Assembly (NCBI GenBank): GCA_041402045.1 | Contig: JAWKSZ010000043.1 | Location: 1 to 64,000 of the forward strand | DNA: 64,000 nucleotides | Direction: 5' to 3' | Origin: Planctomycetota bacterium | Lineage (GTDB): Bacteria > Planctomycetota > J058 | Shown: one piece after another, positions 9,807-18,232 of the stretch | Layout of the letters: every line of letters starts with the position of its first letter | Numbering within the stretch: position 1 is the first letter of the stretch | The notes under the pieces: generated by a model | What the model was told of the DNA's origin: nothing | What the model saw: the letters and a program-made list of their open reading frames with translations, nothing else | Database searches by the model: none | Translations under genes and position numbers: made by a program

Positions 9807-12044
9807 TCAGCGCTCGGGCGAGAGGGTGTCGATCCCCAGCTCCTTGGCGTAGTCGAGCAGCGCCTGGACCTTGTCCTGGCTGGCGCCGCCCTGGGAGAGC
9901 TTGCCCAGGAACGCGGCCACGCTCAGGCGCTGCAGCGCGCTGGCGTCGAGCCGCGGGTTCTGGAGCACGTCCTTGAGGTCGGCGGGCAGGCTCTTGCTGC
10001 CGTCGAGGTAGTCCCCGAGCACGGTCTTGAGCGCGCTGCTCTGGTCGATCGCGCCGTCGATCGACTTGCCCAGGCTGACCGCGTTCACGAACTTGTCGAA
10101 GAACTGGCCGTCGCCGCCCACGATCTGAATGTTCGCCTTGCTGAAGGCCTCGCGCATGATCTGGGCCTGGGCGAAGGCGATGTCCTTGCGCACGGTGATC
10201 CCGGCCAGCTCGACCTCCTTCTCCTTGTCGAGGCGCAGGCGGAACTCCTCGTGCTCGCGGCCCACGCCGTCGAGCTCGCGCATGGCCGCGGCCTTCTCGG
10301 CGAGGCCCGTGGCCTCGGCGCTGAGCTTCTCCTTGATCGCGGCGGCCTCGGCGAAGCCCGTGCGCTCGATCGCCTGGGCGCGGGCCTCCTCGACCTTGAC
10401 CGTGGCCAGGCCCTTCTGCTCGGCGCCGGTGGCCTCGGCGACCAGCTTCTCGCGGGTGACCTTGGCCTCGGCGGTGCCCTTCTTCTCGATCGCCATGGCC
10501 TCGGCCTCGTGCACGCGCACCGTGGCCAGGCCCTTCTGCTCGTGGCCCTCGGCCTCGGCGACCAGCTTCTCCTTGACCACCCGCGCCTCGGCCATGCCGA
10601 GCTTCTCGGTGGCCTGGGCGTCGGCCTCCTTGACCGTGACTCGGGCCAGGCCCTCCGCCGCGGCCTCGGCGCGCACACCGTCGGCCAGGCGGATCTTGGC
10701 CTGGGCCTGCTTGTCGGCGACCGAGAGCTTGGCCTCGGCGATCGTGAGCTCTTCCTTGGCGCGGAACTTGGCCGCCTGCTCGCTGGCCTCGGCCTTCTTG
10801 ATGTCCTTGACGAGGGCTTCCTGGGCCTCGGCCTCGGCGGTGATCACGATCACCTCCTTCTGGCGCTTGGCGTCGGCGGTGGCGCGCAGGTCCTTGATCG
10901 CCTCCTCCTCGTGAGCCACGGTCTTGTCCACCGCGATCCGGGCGCGGATCACGTCGGCGATCTCCTTCTTCTGGACCTCGAGCTCCTTCTCCTTGGCGAT
11001 CCGCTCGAGCTCCACGGCGCGCTCGCGGCCGATCTCCTCCAGCGCGCGGTCACGCTCGACCTTCTCGGCCTCCACGGCGACCACCCGCTCGCGGTTCTTC
11101 TCGGCGACCTCGACCTGGCGGCGCTTGTTCTCGTCGCCGATCGCGATCTCCTCGTCGGCCTTGAGCCGGGCCAGCTCCGCGCGGCTGCGCTCCTCGGCCT
11201 GCACGCGCTGGGTCTCCGCCAGCTCGCGGGCCTGCATGGTCGTGATCTCGCGCTTCTGCTTGGCCTCGGCGTCCGCCTGCTGGCGTTCGAGCTCGAGGAT
11301 CGTCTCCTCGGCCTCGACGTCCTGCTTCTTGATCGCCTTGCGCTCTTGCTGCTTGAAGTCGTTGGTGAGGATGTTCTGTTGCGAGGTGAGCTCGGTGATC
11401 TTCTTGATGCCCTGGGCGTCGAGGATGTTCTGCTTGTCCAGGTGCTCGAGCGGCGTCTGCTCGAGGTAGTCGATCGCGGCGTCCTCGAGCACGTAGCCGT
11501 TGAGGTCCTGCCCGATCACCTTGATGATCTCGTCCTTGAACTCGTCCCGCTTCTCGTAGAGCTCCACGAAGTCCAGGCGCTTACCGACGGTCTTGAGCGC
11601 CTCGGAGAACTTCGCCATGAACAGCTCCTCGAGGGTCGACTGCTTGGACGCGCGCTCGCAGCCGATCGCCTGCGCCACCTTGAGCACGTCCTCGGCGGTC
11701 TTGTTGACCCGCACGAAGAACGAGACGCGAATGTCGGCGCGGATGTTGTCCTTGCAGATCAAGCCCTCCTTGCCCCGGCGCTCGAGCTCGATCGTCTTGA
11801 GCGAGATCTCCATGACCTCCGCCCGGTGCACGATCGGGAGCACCGTGGCCCCGGTGAAGGTCACCTTGGGCTCGCCGCGCATCTTGTTCACGATCAGGGC
11901 CTGACCCTGATTGACCTTGCGATAGAAGCGCGCGACGAGGATCGCCGCGCCCCCGAGGAACATGGCGACGAACAGGATCACGCCGACCACCGCGAACAAC
12001 GCGGGGGGAATGCCGGCAGCGGCCAGGAGCAGGGTCTGGTTCAC
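9807..12044 (-). CDS. flotillin / SPFH (band-7) domain protein, FloT/YqiK-like, with EA-rich C-terminal repeats
   Basis: N-terminal TM helix, SPFH domain, and repeated KEKLVAEA-type flotillin EA repeats. 745 aa, and 16 nt downstream of the NfeD gene. Confidence 0.85.
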   Translation of the reverse strand: MNQTLLLAAAGIPPALFAVVGVILFVAMFLGGAAILVARFYRKVNQGQALIVNKMRGEPKVTFTGATVLPIVHRAEVMEISLKTIELERRGKEGLICKDNIRADIRVSFFVRVNKTAEDVLKVAQAIGCERASKQSTLEELFMAKFSEALKTVGKRLDFVELYEKRDEFKDEIIKVIGQDLNGYVLEDAAIDYLEQTPLEHLDKQNILDAQGIKKITELTSQQNILTNDFKQQERKAIKKQDVEAEETILELERQQADAEAKQKREITTMQARELAETQRVQAEERSRAELARLKADEEIAIGDENKRRQVEVAEKNRERVVAVEAEKVERDRALEEIGRERAVELERIAKEKELEVQKKEIADVIRARIAVDKTVAHEEEAIKDLRATADAKRQKEVIVITAEAEAQEALVKDIKKAEASEQAAKFRAKEELTIAEAKLSVADKQAQAKIRLADGVRAEAAAEGLARVTVKEADAQATEKLGMAEARVVKEKLVAEAEGHEQKGLATVRVHEAEAMAIEKKGTAEAKVTREKLVAEATGAEQKGLATVKVEEARAQAIERTGFAEAAAIKEKLSAEATGLAEKAAAMRELDGVGREHEEFRLRLDKEKEVELAGITVRKDIAFAQAQIMREAFSKANIQIVGGDGQFFDKFVNAVSLGKSIDGAIDQSSALKTVLGDYLDGSKSLPADLKDVLQNPRLDASALQRLSVAAFLGKLSQGGASQDKVQALLDYAKELGIDTLSPER

Positions 12045-12060
12045 GGGGACCTTCCTCGAA

Positions 12061-12816
12061 TCAGAGGGTGGGGATCGGGGACTCCGTCAGCGGCTTGGTC
12101 CCGCTGGAGAGGCCCTCGTCGGGGTCGAAGGGTTCGATCAGGTAGACGTCGCGCTCGTGGTCGTACTCGACCAGGACCGCGGTCATGCCCTTGCTGGGGG
12201 TCTCGGAGCCGGCGTAGCGCACCTGGAGGATGAGGCCCGCCCCGCCGTCCTTGCACTCGGCCTGCCCGAAGGTCAGGTCGACGCTGTTGGTGGTGATCGT
12301 GCACAGCTTGCCGACCAGGCCCAGCTTGTGGGGCGCGGTCTCGATCTGGAAGAAGCGCGCGAAGGGGCGCACGAGCTGGCCGCTGATCAGAAGCGCGACG
12401 AACAGCGCGGCCAGGAACACCAGCGCGCCCGCCGCGAGCTGACTGATCCAGCGCGTGAGCAGCGGGGTCAGGTAGTAGCTCCCCAGCGAGGAGAACAGCC
12501 AGCTCCACACCGAGACCATGCTCAGGGAGAAGGTCAGCGGGACCTCCTGCACCCCCAGCGCGTGGAACAGGAAGCGCAGGACGCCGCCCTCGTCGGCCCC
12601 GTCGAGGGCGTCTCCCGCGCCGTCGGCGGCGCCCTCGGCCGCCCCGTCGACGGCGCCGTCCAGCGCACCGTCGGCGGCGCCGTCCAGGTCGACGTCCACG
12701 AGGTCCAGGTCGAGGAGCCCGAGGAACACCGTGCACCAGTAGAGCGTGCCGACCCCGAGCATGACGGTGAACACCACCGTGGGGAAGCTCAGAATGACCT
12801 GAAGGAACTCGTGCAT
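12061..12816 (-). CDS. NfeD-like membrane protein (C-terminal OB-fold), flotillin partner
   Basis: Internal start MHEFLQVIL of ORF 12061..12975. TM helices, an acidic DG repeat region, and a C-terminal OB-fold (GKLCTITTNSVDLTFGQAECKDGGAGLILQVRYAG). Confidence 0.75.
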   Translation of the reverse strand: MHEFLQVILSFPTVVFTVMLGVGTLYWCTVFLGLLDLDLVDVDLDGAADGALDGAVDGAAEGAADGAGDALDGADEGGVLRFLFHALGVQEVPLTFSLSMVSVWSWLFSSLGSYYLTPLLTRWISQLAAGALVFLAALFVALLISGQLVRPFARFFQIETAPHKLGLVGKLCTITTNSVDLTFGQAECKDGGAGLILQVRYAGSETPSKGMTAVLVEYDHERDVYLIEPFDPDEGLSSGTKPLTESPIPTL

Positions 12817-12856
12817 GCCCCGCTCGCGGGCCCGAGCGTAAGGGCCATCCCCGGGG

Positions 12857-15043
12857 ATGGCAACGGCCTCCAGGGGGGTGGACTTGTTCGTCGGAGGCGC
12901 CCGGGATACTCCGAAGGAGGTGAGCTGGTCGAGGTCCGAGGTCCCCAACTCCCGCTCGCAGTCCGGCGAGCTCACGCCCTCCCGCTCGGGGAGCGCGCCG
13001 GGTCGGCGTGCCCCGCGCCTGCCTCACGACCGGTTCGAGGTGCTCAACGAGCTCGGCCGCGGCGGCATGGGCGCGGTCTACCACGCCCGGGAGCGGCACA
13101 CCGGACGCGAAGTCGCGCTCAAGGTGATCCTCGACCCCGAGCGGAACCCGCGCCGCCTGGCGCGCTTCCAGCGCGAGGCGCAGCTCGCGGCGTCACTCAC
13201 GCACCCCGGAGTCGTGGCCGTGCACTCGGCGGACCTCGAGGGCTCGCCGCCCTGGATCGCCTACGAGCTGATCAAGGGCGCGCGGACCCTGGATCAGGGG
13301 ATCAAGGTCGCCCCGCCCCGGGTGCGGGTGGGCTGGATCCTGGAGGTCGCGCGGGCGGTGGGCGCCGCCCACGAGCGCGGGATCGTGCACCGCGACCTCA
13401 AGCCGCAGAACGTGCTGATCGACGGCATGGGCCGGGCCATGGTCACCGACTTCGGGCTGGCCGCCCACGAAGAGGCCGAGCGCCTGACCCGCAGCGGGGC
13501 CCTGATCGGGACCCCCCACTACATGGCCCCCGAGCAGATCGGCGCGGACCGCGCCGGCCTCGGCCCGCACACCGACGTGTGGGCGCTGGGGGTCATGCTC
13601 TACGAGGCGATCGTGGGCGAGCGCCCGTTCAACGGCCAGACCGTGCTGGCCCTCGGCGCCCAGATCACGAGCGAGCGGGTGCCGGTCCCCTCCCAGCACG
13701 CCGACGGGGTCCCCCCCTCGTGGGACCACGTGGTGCTCAAGGCCCTGAGCCGCCCCACCGGCCAGCGCTACCGCGACGCCAGCGCCTTCGCCGACGAGCT
13801 GGAGCGCGCGCTCAGCGGCGAGCGCCTGGGCGCCTCGCGCCGGCTGCTGCGGCGCGCCGCGCTCCTGGGCGGGCTCCTGGCCGCCCTCGCGCTGTGCGCC
13901 GTCGCCGTGGACTGGGTGCGCGGGCGCGTCCGCGACCCGGCCGAGCTGGCCGCGCCGCTCCTCGAGCTGGGGAGCCTGCCCGGGGAGACGCCCCGCGACG
14001 CCCTGCTCCTGCGCGGCACCGTGAGCGACGACGTCGAGGCGCTCACGGTCGAGCTCGGCGAGCGAAGCTTCACCCTCCCGGTGCGCGGGGGCCGCTTCCA
14101 GACCGAGGTCGCCCTCGAGCTCGGCGAGAACCATCTGCGTGTGAGCGTCCCCGACGGCGAGGCGCACACCGCGACGGTGATCCGCGTGCCCCCGTGGTGG
14201 CCCGGGCTCTCTCAGCGCCAGCGCCCGCGGCTCCCGCTCCCGCCCGGGCTCAGCTTCGGCGAGGTCGAGGGCGAGTACGTGAACGCCGTCGACGGCTCGC
14301 GCCTGGTGTGGATCCCGCCGGCCGAGGACGTGTCCCTGGGCGGGCGCAGCGGCGACCAGGGGGCGACCCACTTCTTCCGCGACGAGGTCCGCCGCTCGGT
14401 CCCCGGCTTCTTCCTGGGGAAGTTCGAAGTGACCTGGGCCCAGGTGGCGACCTTCTTCGAGGCGACCCAGCAGCAGGTCGACCTGACCCGTCGGCGCACC
14501 TTCCGCTCGGTGGGCACCTCGATCGACGGCTCCCAGCGCACGCTCAAGCGCGCGATGCGGGCCGGCGACGACGAGCCCGCGGTGCGCTTGCAGCTGAGCG
14601 AGGTCCAGGGCTACCTCGAGTGGGCGGGTCTGCGCCTGCCGACCGAGGACGAGTGGGAGTTCGCGGCGCGGGGCGACGAGGGCTTCTACTACCCCTACGG
14701 CGGGGAGCTCGACGAGCGCCGGGTCAACGCCAACGGGACCCTGGACCTCCCCCCGGGGGAGGAGGGCGACCGCTACCTGATCACGGCGCCGGTGGAGACC
14801 TTGAGCGTGGGTCGCTCGCCCTTCGGCTGCTACCACATGGCGGGCAACGCTCAGGAGCTGGTGATCAGCTCGTCGGCGACCGCGGAGTCGAGCAACCAGC
14901 ACACGGTGCTGCAGAACTACGTCGGCCGCGGCGGGAGCTGGGTCAGCCAGCCGCGCTACTGCAGCGGGGTCGTGCGCTTCCCCCTGACCGACGACGTCTC
15001 CACCCAGGAGCTCGGCTTCCGGGTCGCTCGCTCTGCCGATTAG
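12857..15043 (+). CDS. Ser/Thr protein kinase fused to a C-terminal FGE-sulfatase (formylglycine-generating enzyme family) domain
   Basis: Kinase motifs GRGGMGAVY, HRDLKPQN, DFG and APE. TM segment. C-terminal RLPTEDEWEFAARG...GNAQELV...GGSW, which is FGE-like. The exact start is uncertain. Confidence 0.8.
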   Translation: MATASRGVDLFVGGARDTPKEVSWSRSEVPNSRSQSGELTPSRSGSAPGRRAPRLPHDRFEVLNELGRGGMGAVYHARERHTGREVALKVILDPERNPRRLARFQREAQLAASLTHPGVVAVHSADLEGSPPWIAYELIKGARTLDQGIKVAPPRVRVGWILEVARAVGAAHERGIVHRDLKPQNVLIDGMGRAMVTDFGLAAHEEAERLTRSGALIGTPHYMAPEQIGADRAGLGPHTDVWALGVMLYEAIVGERPFNGQTVLALGAQITSERVPVPSQHADGVPPSWDHVVLKALSRPTGQRYRDASAFADELERALSGERLGASRRLLRRAALLGGLLAALALCAVAVDWVRGRVRDPAELAAPLLELGSLPGETPRDALLLRGTVSDDVEALTVELGERSFTLPVRGGRFQTEVALELGENHLRVSVPDGEAHTATVIRVPPWWPGLSQRQRPRLPLPPGLSFGEVEGEYVNAVDGSRLVWIPPAEDVSLGGRSGDQGATHFFRDEVRRSVPGFFLGKFEVTWAQVATFFEATQQQVDLTRRRTFRSVGTSIDGSQRTLKRAMRAGDDEPAVRLQLSEVQGYLEWAGLRLPTEDEWEFAARGDEGFYYPYGGELDERRVNANGTLDLPPGEEGDRYLITAPVETLSVGRSPFGCYHMAGNAQELVISSSATAESSNQHTVLQNYVGRGGSWVSQPRYCSGVVRFPLTDDVSTQELGFRVARSAD

Positions 15044-15510
15044 CGGGCGGCGGGTTCGCGGGCGCCGAAGCGTCGGGCGAGGGCCTCCGCGCGGTAGGCG
15101 AAGATCCGCTCGAGGTCGGGGCGCACGAACCAGCGTTCGATCAGCGGGCCGCCCCAGTGGGCGTAGTCCACGCGATCCAGCACGCGCGTCGTCTCCGCGT
15201 CGAGGGCCTCGAAGGTGTGGGCGTGGCGCCAGAGGGTGTAGGGGCCCTTGATCTGCTCGTCCACGAAGAACCCGGGCGGCTCCCAGGCAGAGATCCGGGT
15301 GCGCCAGCGCAGGGGCACGCCGTGGAGCTTGATCCGGTAGTCGATCAGCGCCCCCTCCTGCATGGGGATCTCGCCCTCGGTCAGGATCTGGAACTGGAGC
15401 CAGGGCGGGGTCAACGCCTCGAGGTTCCGCGCGTCCGCGAAGAACGCGAACACGTCGTCCAGGGAGCAGGGCAGGACCTGCTCTTGCTCAAGCCGTCGGG
15501 TGCGGGGCAT
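15040..15510 (-). CDS. SRPBCC (polyketide cyclase/dehydrase, RatA-like) family protein
   Basis: 156 aa, START/Bet v1-like composition. Overlaps the upstream gene by 23 nt (operon). Confidence 0.7.
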   Translation of the reverse strand: MPRTRRLEQEQVLPCSLDDVFAFFADARNLEALTPPWLQFQILTEGEIPMQEGALIDYRIKLHGVPLRWRTRISAWEPPGFFVDEQIKGPYTLWRHAHTFEALDAETTRVLDRVDYAHWGGPLIERWFVRPDLERIFAYRAEALARRFGAREPAAR

Positions 15511-16423
15511 GGGCGCCTCCTCGCGCGCGCGGGCCGAGGAGGTCGGCGAGCGCCCCCTCCAGCCGGGTGAACTCGAACTCGAAGCCCTGGTCCAGCGCCG
15601 CCTGGGGCACGACGCGCCGGCTGGTGAGCAGCTCGGCGGAGAAGCCGCCCAGGACCAGGCGCAGGGCGGTCTCCGGGACCGGGAGCCAGGCCGGGCGCCC
15701 CAGGGCGGCCGCCAAGGTCCGGGCGAACTCCGCCTGGGTCACGGGCTCGGGCGCGGTGGCGTTCAACGGACCGGCGACCTCAGGCGTCTCCAGCGCCCAC
15801 ACGATCAAGCGCACCAGGTCGTCGGCGTGGATCCAGGACCACCACTGCCGCCCGGAGCCCAGGCGCCCGCCGAGGGCCAGGCGGTAGGGAGTCAGGAGCG
15901 CTTCGAGCGCGCCCCCACGCGGATCGAGCACGAGCCCGATCCGCAGCCGGACCTCGCGCGCGGCGTGGGCTCGTGCCTCCGCCTCCCAGGCCTGACACAC
16001 CTCCGAGAGGAAACCCTCCCCCGCCGACGCGGCCTCGTCCAGGACGGTGTCTCCGCGCTCCCCGTAGTAGCCCATGGCGCTGGCGCAGATCAGGGCCGGC
16101 GGCCGCTCGAGCGCGGCGCAGGCGCTGACCAGCGCCCGTGTGCCGAGCACCCGCGAGTCGCGGATCGCCGCGCGCTTGCTCCGGGTCCAGCGACCGACGA
16201 CGGTCTCCCCGGCGAGGTGGATCAGCGCGTCCGCGCCCTCGAGGGCGGCCGTCGGCGGGGCGCTGCGCGCGTCCCAGCGCAGCGCGTCGACCTCCCGCGG
16301 GAGCTCGCTGCGCGCGCGCTCGGGGTCCCGGGTCAGCGCGCTGACCGAGTGCCCGCGAGCGCAGAGCGCGGGCAGCAGCCGCCCACCCACGAGCCCCGTG
16401 GCCCCGCTGACGACGACCTTCAC
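15488..16423 (-). CDS. TIGR01777/YfcH-family NAD-dependent epimerase/dehydratase
   Basis: N-terminus MKVVVSGATGLVGGRLL (Rossmann fold). C-terminus GFEFEF is typical of the YfcH/DUF1731 family. Confidence 0.75.
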   Translation of the reverse strand: MKVVVSGATGLVGGRLLPALCARGHSVSALTRDPERARSELPREVDALRWDARSAPPTAALEGADALIHLAGETVVGRWTRSKRAAIRDSRVLGTRALVSACAALERPPALICASAMGYYGERGDTVLDEAASAGEGFLSEVCQAWEAEARAHAAREVRLRIGLVLDPRGGALEALLTPYRLALGGRLGSGRQWWSWIHADDLVRLIVWALETPEVAGPLNATAPEPVTQAEFARTLAAALGRPAWLPVPETALRLVLGGFSAELLTSRRVVPQAALDQGFEFEFTRLEGALADLLGPRARGGAHAPHPTA

Positions 16424-16977
16424 GCCTGCTCCCTGGCGACGCCCAGCTCGCGCGCGGCCGCGAGCAGCTCCGCCACCGAGGGGTGATCCCCCGAGCGCTG
16501 GCTCACGTAGTGGTAGCGCAGGACGCCGTCCTGGATCACGACCACCCCGCCGTTCTGCCAGGGGTCGCCCTGGGTGCGGCCCTGACGGAACCCGTCGCGC
16601 CAGGCGCCGATCGCCGAGCCGACGGAGCCGGGTCCCAGCACGCGCAGGATCCCGCGCTTGAAGCCCAGGGCCTGGTAGAGCTCGAGCCCCGGATCGACCA
16701 GGAGCCGCACGTCCGCGGGCAACTCGGCCTCGTCACGAAAGGCCTGCGCCATGGTGGGGGTGCCGCTGCCGACGAACGCCAACCGCACGCCGGCGTCGCG
16801 CAAGGTGGAGTGGTGGGCGCAGACCTGCGCCACCTGTTGGCGGCAGAACAGTCACCCGAAGTGCCGGAGGAAGACCACCAGCGCGGGGGCCTCTGCCCAC
16901 AGCTCCCGGAAGAGCACCTGGGCGCCGTCGTCGGCGGTGAGGACGCGCGCGGCTGCGTCCGCGGGAACAGGGGTCAT
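16420..16977 (-). CDS. candidate selenoprotein: AhpC/TSA (peroxiredoxin-like 2) thiol-disulfide oxidoreductase with an in-frame UGA in the motif FLRHFG-U-LFC (U-x-x-C)
   Basis: ORFs 16852..17064 and 16420..16833 are in the same frame, separated only by TGA at 16852..16854. An fdhF-like SECIS hairpin (GGUC loop) sits 18 nt downstream. Confidence 0.6.
16813..16833 (-). other. bacterial SECIS-like hairpin (GUGGCGCA-GGUC-UGCGCC(C)AC) downstream of the UGA
   Basis: The apical part matches E. coli fdhF SECIS (GCA-GGUC-UGC with a bulge). The loop is 26 nt after the UGA. Confidence 0.5.
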
Positions 16978-17134
16978 GGCGCCTCGCATTCGTCTACAGT
17001 TTGTCCAGATTCTGAAGACATGCAAGCGCCCGGGTGTTTCCTTCCGCAGAGAAAGTTCCCACATGTCCGCAGAGCAGACTACGCTAAGCGGAAGGAGCAG
17101 GAACCTGGACGTGGGCGAGCGCGGAATCTACAAA

Positions 17135-18043
17135 ATGCGCACAATCTCTGAGAGGACGGGAATCTCGCCCTCTCTGCTCCGCGCCTGGGAGCGTCGTCAC
17201 GGGTTGCTCGAGCCCGAGCGCACCGACGGCGGCCACCGCCTCTACACCGAGACCGACCTCCAGGTCCTGCAGCGGATCCGCCAACTCCTGGACCAGGGCC
17301 GCTCGATCGGAGAGCTGGCGAGCCTCGGTCGCAAGGCGCTCCTGAGCCCCAGCCTGCCGCCGCTGGCGGCGCCCAAGGCCCCGCCGCCGCGCCCCCAGCC
17401 GACCGTCGTGGAGCCAGGCCTCTCAGGCCTGCGCGACCGGATCGTCGACGCGGCGGTCGACCTCGAGGAGGCGGAGCTGCAGCGCGCGCTCGACGCCTGC
17501 TTCGCGCAGGTCGCGCCGACGACGGCCCTGGACTACGTGGTGTTCCCTGCCCTGCACGAGGTCGGCGAGCGCTGGGCGCGCGGCGAGTGCAGCGTGGCCG
17601 GCGAACACCTGATCAGCGCCAAGGTCGTGGGTCGCCTGATCAAGCTCCTGGAGGTCGCGAATCCGTCCGCGGGGCCCGACGTGCCCCGCGCGATCTGCGC
17701 CTGCCTCCCCGACGAACAGCACGTGATCGGCGCCCTGGCGGTGGCCTACCACCTGGCGCGCAGGGGCTACCACGTGCACTACCTGGGCGCGGCGATGCCG
17801 CTCCCCGACCTCGAGCGGAGCTGTCAGGTCCTGCGCCCGCGGGTCGTGGCCTTGAGCGTGGTGCGGGCGCCCCTGCTCGGGACCCACCAACCAGGCCTGA
17901 TCGCCTTCGCTGAGCGCGTGATCCCCAACGGGACGCGGGTGCTGGTGGGTGGCCCGGGGGTTCGCGGCGCAGACCCAGCGCTCCCCGCCTCCGGAATCGA
18001 GCTGCTCCAGCCCGAGGCGGACCTGACCAAGGCCTTGGCCTAG
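17135..18043 (+). CDS. MerR-family regulator with C-terminal cobalamin-binding domain (CarH/LitR-like light-responsive repressor)
   Basis: N-terminal MerR HTH (MRTISERTGISPSLLRAWERRHGLL). C-terminal B12-binding region with DEQHVIG and a Rossmann-like GxxxG. AT-richer divergent promoter region upstream. Confidence 0.7.
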   Translation: MRTISERTGISPSLLRAWERRHGLLEPERTDGGHRLYTETDLQVLQRIRQLLDQGRSIGELASLGRKALLSPSLPPLAAPKAPPPRPQPTVVEPGLSGLRDRIVDAAVDLEEAELQRALDACFAQVAPTTALDYVVFPALHEVGERWARGECSVAGEHLISAKVVGRLIKLLEVANPSAGPDVPRAICACLPDEQHVIGALAVAYHLARRGYHVHYLGAAMPLPDLERSCQVLRPRVVALSVVRAPLLGTHQPGLIAFAERVIPNGTRVLVGGPGVRGADPALPASGIELLQPEADLTKALA

Positions 18044-18232
18044 TTCCGTCCCCGCGGCGGGGCGAAATCGCCCGCACAGCTGCAAAAGAACTTACGCATT
18101 TCTTTCAACGCCACGAGGCAGGCGGCCCGGCGTCGCATCGGACAAAACTGTCCCATATCTAGACAAATTTGGCACAGGGTTGTCGGCCGTTCAGATTGCG
18201 TACAGAATGCCGGCGTCAGAAGGAGAGCCCCC

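Noticed and set aside
4291-9852. 1,853-aa plus-strand ORF, and the 1,603-aa minus-strand ORF at 4325..9136, overlapping the giant ATPase gene
   Set aside because: Extreme Arg/Gly/Ala/Pro-rich, low-complexity translations typical of antisense or out-of-frame reading in 70% GC DNA. The third overlapping ORF (4651..9747) has natural composition and ATPase motifs.
12500-12760. GGC/GCC-rich repeats looked at as a possible CRISPR-like or tandem array
   Set aside because: They are codon-level repeats encoding the DG/AG-rich loop of the NfeD protein. There is no repeat-spacer architecture, and no CRISPR array is present anywhere in the window.
10129-15570. Long plus-strand ORFs 10251..12233 and 11962..15570, and minus-strand ORFs 12041..13099 and 13193..14902
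   Set aside because: Antisense or off-frame to the flotillin, NfeD and kinase-FGE genes. Their composition is dominated by G/R/A/L/P.
16852-16854. Possibility that the in-frame TGA is a substitution error or a true pseudogene
   Set aside because: The other errors in this window are indels, not substitutions. The TGA sits exactly at the CxxC first position and is followed by an fdhF-like SECIS, so selenocysteine recoding is the better explanation, although this still needs the sel genes to be found.
18168-18183. Sigma-54 promoter TGGCAC-N5-TGTC
   Set aside because: The -12 element lacks the invariant GC, so it is only recorded as a motif of interest.
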